Shown in pieces: positions 19,372-28,642 of a stretch of 64,000 nt of DNA. Origin of the DNA: Phycisphaeraceae bacterium (GTDB lineage: Bacteria > Planctomycetota > Phycisphaerae > Phycisphaerales > Phycisphaeraceae); NCBI GenBank assembly GCA_963674705.1, contig OY771506.1, forward strand, positions 384,001 to 448,000. Reading direction: 5' to 3'. The notes beneath the pieces are model-generated. The model did no database searches. It worked only from the letters and a program-made list of their open reading frames with translations, and had not been told where the DNA came from. The first letter of the stretch is position 1. Each line of letters starts with the position of its first letter. A program made the translations under genes and the position numbers.

Positions 19372-20472
19372 ATGATCATTGGCGTCCCGAAGGAAACGAA
19401 GCCGGATGAGTACCGCGTATCGATGCTGCCGGTGGGTGTGGAGTTGCTGGTCAAGGACGGGCACAAGGTGCTGGTCGAGAAGCATGCCGGCACGAACAGC
19501 GGCTATGAAGATGACCAGTATGCCGAGGCGGGCGCCGAGTTGATCAATAGCGCTGAAGACGTCTGGGCCAAGGCCGAGATGATCGTCAAGGTCAAGGAAC
19601 CGATCGGCGACGAGCTGAAGATGATGCGTAAGGGCCAGACGGTCTTCACGTACTTCCACTTCGCTGCGAGCCGTGAGTTGACCGAGGCTTGCCTGGAAGC
19701 GGGCATCACCGCGGTGGCTTACGAGACGCTGACGGACAAGCACGGCCGACTGCCGCTGCTTACGCCCATGAGCGAAGTCGCCGGGCGCATGAGCGTGCAG
19801 GAAGGCGCGAAGTATCTCGAGAAGCCGATGGAAGGCCGAGGGATTTTGCTCAGCGGCGTGCCGGGCGTTGAGCCGGGCAACGTGCTGGTGCTCGGCGGCG
19901 GTGTCGTCGGCACACAGGCTGCGAAGCTCGCGGCAGGCATGGGCGCTCACGTCGTGATCCTCGATGTCAACCTCGACCGATTGCGTTATCTCGATGATGT
20001 CATGCCCGCGAACGTGACGACGGCCTACTCCGATCCGCACACGATCCGCAAGCACCTGCCGTTGGCGGACCTGGTGATCGGCGCGGTGCTGATCCCCGGT
20101 GCGCGTGCGCCGCAACTGATCACACGTGACATGCTCAAGACGATGAAGAGCGGCGCGGTGATCGTGGATGTGGGCGTCGACCAGGGCGGGTGCGTGGAAA
20201 CCACGAAACCGACGACGCACAGCCAGCCGATCTACATCGTCGACGATGTGGTGCACTACTGCGTCGCCAACATGCCCGGCGCGGTCGGCCGCACGAGCAC
20301 CCAGGCGCTGTGCCACGCGACTCAGCCCTACGCGCTACGCCTTGCCAAGCACGGCATCGACAAACTCGTGAAGGAAGACAACGCCTTCGCCACCGCCCTG
20401 AACTGCAAGGACGGCAAGCTGACCAACGAAGCCGTCGCCGAAGCACATGGCATGCAGGAAGTACTGGTGTAA
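19372..20472 (+). CDS. ald: Alanine dehydrogenase
   Basis: MIIGVPKE, VKVKEP, PMSEVAGR, GGGVVG, DQGGC and YCVANMPG motifs. Confidence 0.97.
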   Translation: MIIGVPKETKPDEYRVSMLPVGVELLVKDGHKVLVEKHAGTNSGYEDDQYAEAGAELINSAEDVWAKAEMIVKVKEPIGDELKMMRKGQTVFTYFHFAASRELTEACLEAGITAVAYETLTDKHGRLPLLTPMSEVAGRMSVQEGAKYLEKPMEGRGILLSGVPGVEPGNVLVLGGGVVGTQAAKLAAGMGAHVVILDVNLDRLRYLDDVMPANVTTAYSDPHTIRKHLPLADLVIGAVLIPGARAPQLITRDMLKTMKSGAVIVDVGVDQGGCVETTKPTTHSQPIYIVDDVVHYCVANMPGAVGRTSTQALCHATQPYALRLAKHGIDKLVKEDNAFATALNCKDGKLTNEAVAEAHGMQEVLV

Positions 20473-20480
20473 GACTTTTC

Positions 20481-20650
20481 ACCGCGAAGGCGCGAAGAGC
20501 GCGAAGAAGAAACAGAATTAGCCGCGAATGAACGCTAATCAACGCAAATAAGAAAGAAGAGGTCGATGATTCAGCCTCTTCTTTTTTTATTATTCGCGTG
20601 TATTTGCGTTTATTCGCGGCTTATTTTCGCGCTCTTCGCGTCTTCGCGGT
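20481..20650. repeat. Nested three-layer inverted-repeat (MITE-like) element
   Basis: Outer CCGCGAAGGCGCGAAGAGCGCGAA, middle AGCCGCGAATGAACGC and inner AAGAAGAGG arms, each with a downstream complement. Confidence 0.9.
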
Positions 20651-20655
20651 TCAAC

Positions 20656-21546
20656 TCACTTCGCTACCGGCTCAAGCACCCCGTGCTGTTTTAATATCTT
20701 TTCCAGCGCGGCGCAGTTGTCTTCTGACATTTCGCACATGGGCAGGCGCATTTCGCCGGAGTCCATGCCGGCGAGGCGCATGGCTGTCTTGATCGGGATG
20801 GGGTTGGTCTCGATGAACATGGCTTTGAAGATCGGGAACAGGTCCAGGTGCAGCTTACGTGCGGTGGCGAAGTCGCCGGACAGGGCCGCGTCGGCCAGGG
20901 CTTTGACGCGAGCCGGCAGCAGGTTCGATAGCACGCTGATCACGCCCTTGCCGCCGACGGAAATCAACGGCAGCGTCAGCGTGTCGTCACCTGACAGGAT
21001 CGTGAACTTCTCCGGATCGCAAAGCTGGGCGACTTCGCTTGCCATATCGAGCGAGCCGGTCGCTTCCTTGACGGCGATGATGTTCGGGTGCTTGGCGAGG
21101 CGGGCGATGGTGGCGGCGGTGAGCGCGACGCCGCATCGGCCGGGGATGTTGTAGAGCACCATGGGCATGTCGGCCGAGTCGGCGACCGTCATGAAGTGGC
21201 GGTACATCCCTTCCTGCGTCGGCTTGTTGTAATAGGGATTGACCTGAAGCGAGGCGTCCGCGCCGACTTCTTTCGCGTGTTTGGTCAGACGGACGGCTTC
21301 GTCGGTCGCGTTGGATCCCGTGCCCGCGATGATCGGCACGCGGCCGGCGGCGGCTTCGACTACCGCTTCGATCACCTTGTCGTGCTCATTATGCGATAGC
21401 GTCGGCGACTCACCTGTCGTGCCGACCGGTACGAGCCCGTCGATGCCGTGATCGATCTGAAACGCAACGTTGGCTGCAAGCCGATCGTAATCCACGACGC
21501 CGTTCACCATCGGCGTCACCAGCGCGGTCATAGCGCCTTTGAACAT
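20656..21546 (-). CDS. dapA: 4-hydroxy-tetrahydrodipicolinate synthase
   Basis: GTTGES, PYYNKP, LYNIPGR, KEATG and ETNPIPIK motifs. Confidence 0.97.
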   Translation of the reverse strand: MFKGAMTALVTPMVNGVVDYDRLAANVAFQIDHGIDGLVPVGTTGESPTLSHNEHDKVIEAVVEAAAGRVPIIAGTGSNATDEAVRLTKHAKEVGADASLQVNPYYNKPTQEGMYRHFMTVADSADMPMVLYNIPGRCGVALTAATIARLAKHPNIIAVKEATGSLDMASEVAQLCDPEKFTILSGDDTLTLPLISVGGKGVISVLSNLLPARVKALADAALSGDFATARKLHLDLFPIFKAMFIETNPIPIKTAMRLAGMDSGEMRLPMCEMSEDNCAALEKILKQHGVLEPVAK

Positions 21547-21632
21547 AACCTTACCTCCTGGTCAAAACCGCAATGTAGCGAGGACACCTGCACGACGCAA
21601 AAAGCACGTAAAAACAAGGACTAAAGTTATTA

Positions 21633-21744
21633 TGTAACAGGGATGAACACGGATGAACACGGATTAGAATTCAGGGGAATAACATACTCGACGACCTACA
21701 CATACTTCTTCTATCTGTGTTTATCCGTGTCCATCCCTGTTACA
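21633..21744. repeat. Inverted-repeat element with 10-mer tandem arms
   Basis: TGTAACAGGGATGAACACGGATGAACACGGAT ... ATCTGTGTTTATCCGTGTCCATCCCTGTTACA. Confidence 0.9.
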
Positions 21745-21763
21745 AACTTCTCGCCGTGATTCA

Positions 21764-22345
21764 CTACGATTTGCGCAACGCCAGGATCAGTTCGACTTTG
21801 CCGACGTGTTCGTCGAGTTGTTTGGCGATTTCGATGGGGTCGTTGCCCATGTCGGAAAGCTCGCAGACGCGGGCCTTGAGGTCGGCATCGGGATCGGGGG
21901 GTTCAAAGGCTTGAGGCTTGGGGGCGGAGGAGTCTTGAGGCTTGAGGCTTGAGGCTTGGGGTGCTTCCGGGGTTTCCGGGGGGCGGAGAGCGTCGACGTT
22001 ACGCTGGGTTTGCTGGAGCTGTTTCAGCTCGGCGATCTTTTCGTTGGCTTCTTCGATCAGGCGCTCCATGTGGGCGGTCTTGGCATCGAGCTGGGCGCCG
22101 AAACGTTTGGCAAGTTGCTCGACTTCGGTCATGAGCTGATCGAGGTCGCCGCGCACGGCCTGGCGTTGACGCAGTTCGTCGACCGTGTCACGCGCGGAGT
22201 TACTCACGCCCGGCCGACGACGTTTTTTGCGGATGCCCATCATCATGCTCATGGTGATCAGCAGGATGCCCAGCATCGGGATCCCATACTGCGCGATCGG
22301 CGGCAGCTCAGACATCTCAAAGCCAAGCGTCATGGTCGCGATCAT
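21764..22345 (-). CDS. Membrane-anchored coiled-coil protein with C-terminal HTH-like end
   Basis: One TM helix, coiled coil and EIAKQLDEHVGKVELILAL; contains GAGGCTT repeats at 21906-21957. Confidence 0.7.
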   Translation of the reverse strand: MIATMTLGFEMSELPPIAQYGIPMLGILLITMSMMMGIRKKRRRPGVSNSARDTVDELRQRQAVRGDLDQLMTEVEQLAKRFGAQLDAKTAHMERLIEEANEKIAELKQLQQTQRNVDALRPPETPEAPQASSLKPQDSSAPKPQAFEPPDPDADLKARVCELSDMGNDPIEIAKQLDEHVGKVELILALRKS

Positions 22346-22833
22346 CCGCCGGTCCCCCGTCCCCCGCTGGATAACTCGGCCGCCGCGGCCTGCGCCGCGT
22401 CCATGACTTCACGGACGGTCACCCCCGCTTCCTGGGCGAGTCGTTTGGCATCATCGAACTCGGGCCGGGCAACGACTACTTTGCCGTCCAGTTCACCGAT
22501 CTTGATCCGCATCTTGCCGAAGCGCGTGTCGACGGAGACGTGTCGGCGGTCGAGGATGAGTCGATCCCACTGCCGGTAGCGTACGCCGAAGCTGCCGGTC
22601 AGCTCGATGACGAGCCTGGCCAGTTCGTCCCGCTTTTGCGGCTCGCACAATAGTGAAAGCGACACGGCCGGCCGCTGCTTCTTCATCAGGATCGGCGTCG
22701 TCCACACATCCAACGCCCCCGCCTGCATCAGCTTCCGCTGGGCCTCCCCGATAAGCTCGCCGGTCACGTCGTCAAGATTGACAACAATCTCGGTGACGGC
22801 GGTCGGGGTGGGGTTGTCAGGTGAGGTGGACAA
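22342..22833 (-). CDS. Standalone C-terminal domain of nickel insertion protein LarC
   Basis: NLDDVTGE, GALDVWTTPILMKKQRPA, GSFGVR and PEFDD motifs; AAGGAG before the TTG start. Confidence 0.85.
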   Translation of the reverse strand: MSTSPDNPTPTAVTEIVVNLDDVTGELIGEAQRKLMQAGALDVWTTPILMKKQRPAVSLSLLCEPQKRDELARLVIELTGSFGVRYRQWDRLILDRRHVSVDTRFGKMRIKIGELDGKVVVARPEFDDAKRLAQEAGVTVREVMDAAQAAAAELSSGGRGTGG

Positions 22834-22921
22834 TGGATCGGCTCCTTAGCGCAATGTTAATACCCTTAAGTGTACGGCAGTTGCATTACTTTCCACAACC
22901 GGTCACAGTAGAATGCTTGGG

Positions 22922-23305
22922 ATGGAGGAACAGAACGAACAATGTGACTATGCGTATCTTTGTGCTGAATTGGAGGTCTGGCCGACCAAGCAGCGGATGG
23001 CTTCGCTGCTGAAAAACGCCGGGTTGAATATATATGTCGGCCGGTATTCGATCCGAATCGAAGACTTTTCGCACTTCACATTTGAGGAATACGGCGGGGA
23101 TATGGGTGATCCTGTTGTCGATGCCGATTGCGATACACTCAAACAGATGTTGCACGAGAGTAGTATTGTCTCAAACATCCTTTGCGATGCAGGGATACGC
23201 CACAGATTCGAGATATATGGAGCCGATCGCGATGTGTTGCGTGGCTACTTCCATCATAACTGGCCTTGTGATGAAAGCTTGTACTTCATGGATGATGCAA
23301 CATAA
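22922..23305 (+). CDS. Hypothetical protein
   Basis: Lower-GC ORF; ATG 22922 lies 7 nt after TAGAAT (22913 is an alternative start). Confidence 0.6.
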   Translation: MEEQNEQCDYAYLCAELEVWPTKQRMASLLKNAGLNIYVGRYSIRIEDFSHFTFEEYGGDMGDPVVDADCDTLKQMLHESSIVSNILCDAGIRHRFEIYGADRDVLRGYFHHNWPCDESLYFMDDAT

Positions 23306-23338
23306 ATGCGCGTGAATGCCAACAATCACTATAGTCGT

Positions 23339-24367
23339 ATGGTAAAACAAATAGCACATACACTGCGTCGACGTTGTGGTGTGGGTGAAGGGGCGCATGT
23401 GCTTGTGGCGGTCAGCGGGGGTGCGGATTCGGTGGCGTTGCTGCGGGCGCTGGATGCGATCAAGGGGCGACGGCGGTGGAAACTCACACTTACGGTCGGG
23501 CATGTGCAGCATCATTTGAGGGGGGATGAGGCGGAGGGGGATGCTTTGTTTGTGGAGGAGTTAGCCCGGCAGCTTAAGCTGCCTCGCCTGCGGCGGGACC
23601 TGGATGCTTCGGAGATTGAAGGCAATGTTGAGGCGTGGGCGCGGCGCGAGCGGTATCGGGCGTTGCGTGAGATGGCGCGCGAATGCGGGGCTGGGTTTAT
23701 TGCGACAGCGCATCATGCGGATGATCAACTTGAAACACTGCTGATGCGCATGCTGCGCGGGGCGGGAACACGAGGCATGTCGGGTATCGGGTATCGGGTG
23801 TCGGGTGTCGAGGAAGCATTCGACACTTCTTCCCGAAACCCGAATCCCGAAACCCGAATCCCGACGACCATCCGCCCCATGCTTGCCGTAACGCGCACGC
23901 AGGTACTCGACTACCTGCATGCAATCAATCAGCCATGGCGGGAGGATCATACGAATGCGGATGTGACGCGGTGGCGGGCGCGGCTGCGGCAGGATGTGCT
24001 TCCGGTGCTGGAAGAAATTCGGCCGAATGCGGGGCGGAAGGCGACGGCGTTTGCGCAGCAGATGCGTGATGTGCATCGTGTGTTGAATGATGCGATCGAC
24101 GATGCGAAGCAATTGGTTGAGCATGAAGGGGATGAACGGTGGATCGATCGCGTGGCGGCGAGGCAGATGCGGCGGGTGGTATTGTCGGGATTGTTACGCG
24201 AGCTACTTAACGAAGCGGGCGTGCATGGGGATAAGCTTGGGGTGAACCAGATCGGCAAACTCGTGCGGGCGGTTCGTGATAAGGAAGGCGGGGAGAGGAC
24301 GTTTGGTTTTAAAGGAGGGGTTTGTGTTGTGGTGACGCGGGATCGGGTGCGGGTTGGGCGGGGGTAG
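23339..24367 (+). CDS. tilS: tRNA(Ile)-lysidine synthetase
   Basis: AVSGGADS, ARRERY, TAHHADDQLET, IRPML and WREDHTN motifs; start uncertain. Confidence 0.95.
   Translation: MVKQIAHTLRRRCGVGEGAHVLVAVSGGADSVALLRALDAIKGRRRWKLTLTVGHVQHHLRGDEAEGDALFVEELARQLKLPRLRRDLDASEIEGNVEAWARRERYRALREMARECGAGFIATAHHADDQLETLLMRMLRGAGTRGMSGIGYRVSGVEEAFDTSSRNPNPETRIPTTIRPMLAVTRTQVLDYLHAINQPWREDHTNADVTRWRARLRQDVLPVLEEIRPNAGRKATAFAQQMRDVHRVLNDAIDDAKQLVEHEGDERWIDRVAARQMRRVVLSGLLRELLNEAGVHGDKLGVNQIGKLVRAVRDKEGGERTFGFKGGVCVVVTRDRVRVGRG
23779..23865. repeat. Heptamer palindrome in frame inside tilS
   Basis: TCGGGTA x2 and TCGGGTG x2 arm, then a CCCGAAA/CCCGAAT x4 arm. Confidence 0.9.
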
Positions 24368-24394
24368 GATTTCGATTTTTGGTAGCGCAAGGAA

Positions 24395-24421
24395 AAGCCC
24401 ACGTTCGGCGAACGTGGGCTT
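24395..24421. terminator. Hairpin between convergent tilS and pfk
   Basis: AAGCCCACGTTCG-G-CGAACGTGGGCTT palindrome. Confidence 0.7.
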
Positions 24422-24461
24422 CGGGGGGGTGTTTTTTTGGGGGGGGTATTTTGCTGCGGGC

Positions 24462-25673
24462 TTAGTGGGCACGCAGGGCTTCGATGACGGGTAGTTCGCC
24501 GATGATCGGGCGGAGGTAGTCGCAGAAGCTCGGGTCGATGTTGTTGCCTTCGACGATGTACTTCGGATCAAGCGTGCGGGTCTTGGCCGCGACGTCGGTG
24601 AGGTGGATCCGTTTGTACTCGACGGTGTAGGGGTTGTCGCTGGTGCGCTGGATGGCGATGGAGCCGTCGATGTCGCCGGACAGGGCCTGCTTGGCGGCGT
24701 AGCGACCGGCCTCACGGGCCTCATGTGCGTCGGTGGCGGAGACGCAGCCCACGAACGAACGCTGGAGGTAACCGAACGTATCGGCACGCACACGCAGGTT
24801 CGAGCCGAGGTTGTCCTTGATGAGCTTGACAGCGATGTCGCCCAGCGCGCCGGTGCCGGACAGTTGCACGTTGCCGTGCGCGTCCTTCTCGACATCCTGT
24901 GAAACCTTCGTGACCAGCGGGGTGCCGTCGGCGTCGTGGACGCCTTCGCTCATCGCGACGAGGCATCGGCCGTACTGCTTGTAGACCCGGTCGACGTCGG
25001 CGAGGAACTTGTCGGTGTCGAACGCGACCTCGGGGACGTAGATCAGGTGCGGGCCTTCGCCTTCGTGCTGACGGGCCATGACGCTGGAAGCGGCGAGGAA
25101 GCCGGCGTGACGGCCCATGATGATGTTGATCTTGATGCCGGGCAGGGCGCGGTTATCGAGGTTGTCGCCCATGAACGCCTGCGTGACGAACTTGGCGGCC
25201 GAGCCGAAACCGGGCGTGTGGTCGTTGTGCATCAGGTCGTTGTCGATGGTCTTGGGCACGTGGAAGCAGTGCAGCTCGTAGTCGTCGGCCTTGGCCAGTT
25301 CGTTGACGATCCGGCAGGTATCGGAGCTGTCGTTGCCGCCGATGTAGAAGAAGTAGCGGATGTTGTTCTTCTCGAACGATTTGAGGATGTTGTTGCAGTA
25401 GTCGGCGTTGGGCTTGTCACGGCTGGAGCCGAGCGCGGCCGAGGGGGTGTTGGCCAAGCGTTCGAGCCGATCCTTGGGGATGTCCTGGAGTTCGATGAAG
25501 TCATCCTTGACGATGCCTGCGACGGCGTGGTGGGCGCCGTAGACCTTGTCGATGCCGGGCAGGCCGGCCATGGTTTCGACGACGCCGACCATCGACTGGT
25601 TGATGACGGCGGTGGGCCCGCCAGACTGCCCGATCGCGACGTTACCTTTCAGGGGAGGGGTTATTTCAGCCAT
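24462..25673 (-). CDS. Phosphofructokinase, probably PPi-dependent
   Basis: QSGGPTAVIN, IGGNDS (Asp typical of PPi-PFK), PKTIDND and MGRHAG motifs. Confidence 0.9.
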   Translation of the reverse strand: MAEITPPLKGNVAIGQSGGPTAVINQSMVGVVETMAGLPGIDKVYGAHHAVAGIVKDDFIELQDIPKDRLERLANTPSAALGSSRDKPNADYCNNILKSFEKNNIRYFFYIGGNDSSDTCRIVNELAKADDYELHCFHVPKTIDNDLMHNDHTPGFGSAAKFVTQAFMGDNLDNRALPGIKINIIMGRHAGFLAASSVMARQHEGEGPHLIYVPEVAFDTDKFLADVDRVYKQYGRCLVAMSEGVHDADGTPLVTKVSQDVEKDAHGNVQLSGTGALGDIAVKLIKDNLGSNLRVRADTFGYLQRSFVGCVSATDAHEAREAGRYAAKQALSGDIDGSIAIQRTSDNPYTVEYKRIHLTDVAAKTRTLDPKYIVEGNNIDPSFCDYLRPIIGELPVIEALRAH

Positions 25674-26062
25674 AATAAAACGGGCTCCGTATGCTGTTGA
25701 GGTAAGGTCTACCGGATGGAATCGGCTGTACGACTTACCAGGTCTGTGGGGGAATCCGGCCGCGCCAGAAGCGACCGAATCGGCATTTTAGATGAATCCA
25801 GATCAGAAGACAAAACCGGTGGCTGGTCGTTCGTCGAACCCCAAAAACGTCGTAAAACCCTGCTCAACAAGTGTTTTGCGTGATATATCAAATCGTATTG
25901 GGGCTGATAACGATCTGAGCTTTTCACCAGATTCTTGTGACCGCAGCGCGAGGCTGGGACGGCTGGGGAAACGGGGGCGGATGCGGGTACGAGGAGCGTG
26001 GATTGCTGAAACAACCACGCCGGGTGTGAAGATCAGGGCGGGAGGTAAAGATGCGAACGGCT

Positions 26063-27262
26063 TTAACCAATCGCGTTGAGTTCTTGCTTGGCCAGTTCCA
26101 ACTCTTCGCCGCTGAGCCGGGGCATTGCCTGGTTGAGAAGCTCCTTGGCACGCTGTTTCTGATCGAGGTAACGCGAGAAGATCAATCCAAGAATGAGCTG
26201 GACCTGCTGTCGATCGGGGTACGTTTTGTAAGCGTTGAGGAACAGCGTGTAGGCCCGGGCCGAAGCGTCGTAACGCCCTTCGGACATCAATTGATTGGCA
26301 ATATCCAGTTGATACTGTTGCGTCAGGACCTCTTCGGGGTGCTCATCGATCAGCTCGACATAGAGCTGGGCGGCCTTGGGCATTTCATGTTCACGGATGG
26401 CGCTACTGATCGCGGAGCGTGCCTGCATCAGTTTCTTTTCATCTTCCGTGGCAACGGGCGCAGCGCCCTTGCCCGATGGGTCGCCGGGCTTGTTGTGTTC
26501 CCAAGGTCTGAAACCACTATGTGAGAGTTTTTTGAATTCCGCCTTGCGGCGTTTGTGTTCGATCAGTGAAAGCAGGTCGTAGGGTTCGCGCGCAAGGATA
26601 CGGGTCAGCAACAACCCCATCCCCACCGTAAAGCCGTACGTATACCCGGACAGGTGCGCAAGGTAAGCCGTATTCCCGACGCCGCCGACCTGGAAGAGGA
26701 TGTCCTGGGCGACCTGGAAGAGGATGAGGATGATGCTGGAGATTTCAAACGAGCCGGGCAGGATAAACCAGTAAACGATCGTGACATTGGATAGCGGGAA
26801 CAGCGCCAAGTACGCGCCGGTCACCGCGGAAACCGCACCGCTGGCGCCGAGCACGGGACTGGTATCCACCGCGGCGTGACCGAGTCCGGCCGCCACACCG
26901 CCGCCCAGGTAGAAAAACAGATACCCGAGCTTACCGAGTCGATCCTCCACGCCGTTGCCGAAGACGTACAGGAACAGCATGTTCATGATCAGGTGCATCC
27001 ACCCGGCATGCAGGAACAAGCATGTGAAGTATTGCAGGACGCTGCCGTCACCCGGCACCAGGTAATAATTCAGCACATCGGGCTTAGGCGGGATGACGGC
27101 ACCGGTCTGTAAGGCAGCACTCAGCGCGATGAAGTATTCATCAACCCTTTGGATTTGTGGATACGTCAACAGGAACACCACCACGTTGACCGCAATCAGC
27201 GTGTAATTCACCCATGGGGTGCGTTTGAGTCGTCGGTCGGTGTTGGTCGGGAACAGAATCAT
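26063..27262 (-). CDS. Rhomboid family intramembrane protease with TPR-like C-terminus
   Basis: FLHAGWMHL, GASGA and AHLSG motifs. Confidence 0.92.
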   Translation of the reverse strand: MILFPTNTDRRLKRTPWVNYTLIAVNVVVFLLTYPQIQRVDEYFIALSAALQTGAVIPPKPDVLNYYLVPGDGSVLQYFTCLFLHAGWMHLIMNMLFLYVFGNGVEDRLGKLGYLFFYLGGGVAAGLGHAAVDTSPVLGASGAVSAVTGAYLALFPLSNVTIVYWFILPGSFEISSIILILFQVAQDILFQVGGVGNTAYLAHLSGYTYGFTVGMGLLLTRILAREPYDLLSLIEHKRRKAEFKKLSHSGFRPWEHNKPGDPSGKGAAPVATEDEKKLMQARSAISSAIREHEMPKAAQLYVELIDEHPEEVLTQQYQLDIANQLMSEGRYDASARAYTLFLNAYKTYPDRQQVQLILGLIFSRYLDQKQRAKELLNQAMPRLSGEELELAKQELNAIG

Positions 27263-27353
27263 GCGGTAACGGGGCTTGATGCGTCCAGTTATGTACGCTT
27301 AAGGCCGGCCTTTGGATCGCCCAATAGTCGGCAAAGCGGTCGGGGTTGGCGGG

Positions 27354-28574
27354 TTAACGGGCGGCTGCGGTGACGGTCCATTCCTTGATATTCCAGGAAG
27401 GATTTACCGCGGTTCGGGTAAAGAACTCAACATAGTCGGCTACGTCCATCGGCAGGTCCCACTGCACACGCCAGCGACGCAATGGTTGGGCATCAGGGTC
27501 CCATGCGGTGATGATCAGCGTGACAGACTGGATCTTCTCGCCGCTGTCGTTTCCGATGGTCAAACGAGCGATGGTGTCGGCGCCTGATGATTCGGTTTGT
27601 ATATCGAGGTCTTCGAGGAAGACAGCGGATTCTGCCAGGTCATCGATCGTGATGGACCAGGCAGGGTGCAGCGCGGTCGGGTCCAGGTTGGCGGGGATGG
27701 GCATGCGCAACAGCAGGGAGTGATCGTGGCTGATCAGTGACAGCGGCGCGGTGGTGCTGGCTTTTTCGATCCCCTGCGGATTCACCAGCGAGATGGACAA
27801 CTCACCATCCATGATGACGCCGGGCTTCGTGCTGACCACGCGTCCGACGTACTCGATCACACCCGCTTCAGCGGGCACGAGTTCGTCATCCGCAACATAC
27901 ACATCCGTATTCGTCTGCGGCTGGGATACGAACGGGCGGTTAGGCTGTTCCCAGGGATCGTGCTGCAAAAGCACGGAGTGCAGCATCGGCAAGCCTTGGA
28001 AGATCGGTCCATCGTATACGGGTCCCGGATCGGGTTCGGGCTCAGCACGGGTCTGGGGGCCGGGGCCGGCATCACCGCTGAACGAAAGCATGATCCCGAC
28101 GCCGAGGATCGCAATGGAGACAGCCACCCCCGCTGCCAAGAGGTATCCGCTTCGGATAGCCTTCTGCTGCTTGGTACGTTGGGGTATGGTCCTGACTGGT
28201 GGTGCCGGGGCCGGTGTCATGGGGGGGGCTGTAGCTACCGCGGCGGGCATGACGGGCGGTTTATCCGGCTCGGGAGCGATCGTGTCGTAATCATTGAACT
28301 GGCTGTCACGCTCACGCTCGGCTTCGACACGCATCACTGCTGAGAGGTCTTGAATGCCGCCGGGGCGGATCGTGCCGGCTTCCGCAGGCGCCGGCTTGGC
28401 AGCACCTTCCCCCCCCGCTCTTGCCGAGGACGGGACGTGCCTGATGTGCGATTGATCGATCAGGTAACGGTGCTGGCAGGACGTACAGGTCACCACCGCG
28501 CCGACCCGGACAAACGGCGAGCTTACGACAACATGGCAGGATGGGCACGTGACTTCGTACACCTTACCTAACAC
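27354..28574 (-). CDS. Zinc-ribbon plus single-TM hypothetical protein
   Basis: CPSC...CTSC, Pro-rich linker and one TM helix; start uncertain (ORF open to 28640). Confidence 0.65.
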   Translation of the reverse strand: MLGKVYEVTCPSCHVVVSSPFVRVGAVVTCTSCQHRYLIDQSHIRHVPSSARAGGEGAAKPAPAEAGTIRPGGIQDLSAVMRVEAERERDSQFNDYDTIAPEPDKPPVMPAAVATAPPMTPAPAPPVRTIPQRTKQQKAIRSGYLLAAGVAVSIAILGVGIMLSFSGDAGPGPQTRAEPEPDPGPVYDGPIFQGLPMLHSVLLQHDPWEQPNRPFVSQPQTNTDVYVADDELVPAEAGVIEYVGRVVSTKPGVIMDGELSISLVNPQGIEKASTTAPLSLISHDHSLLLRMPIPANLDPTALHPAWSITIDDLAESAVFLEDLDIQTESSGADTIARLTIGNDSGEKIQSVTLIITAWDPDAQPLRRWRVQWDLPMDVADYVEFFTRTAVNPSWNIKEWTVTAAAR

Positions 28575-28642
28575 TCTAGCAACAGCACCGAATTTGAACC
28601 AATGAACCTCGGTATATCCAACCTGGGCCCTATAATGCATCC

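Noticed and set aside
21613..21640. dif-like site (TTATGTAAC)
   Set aside because: No properly spaced XerC arm, and it overlaps the end of an inverted-repeat element.
25993..26012. GGAGCGTGGATTGCTGAAAC resembling a type I-C CRISPR repeat end
   Set aside because: Single interrupted copy with no array.
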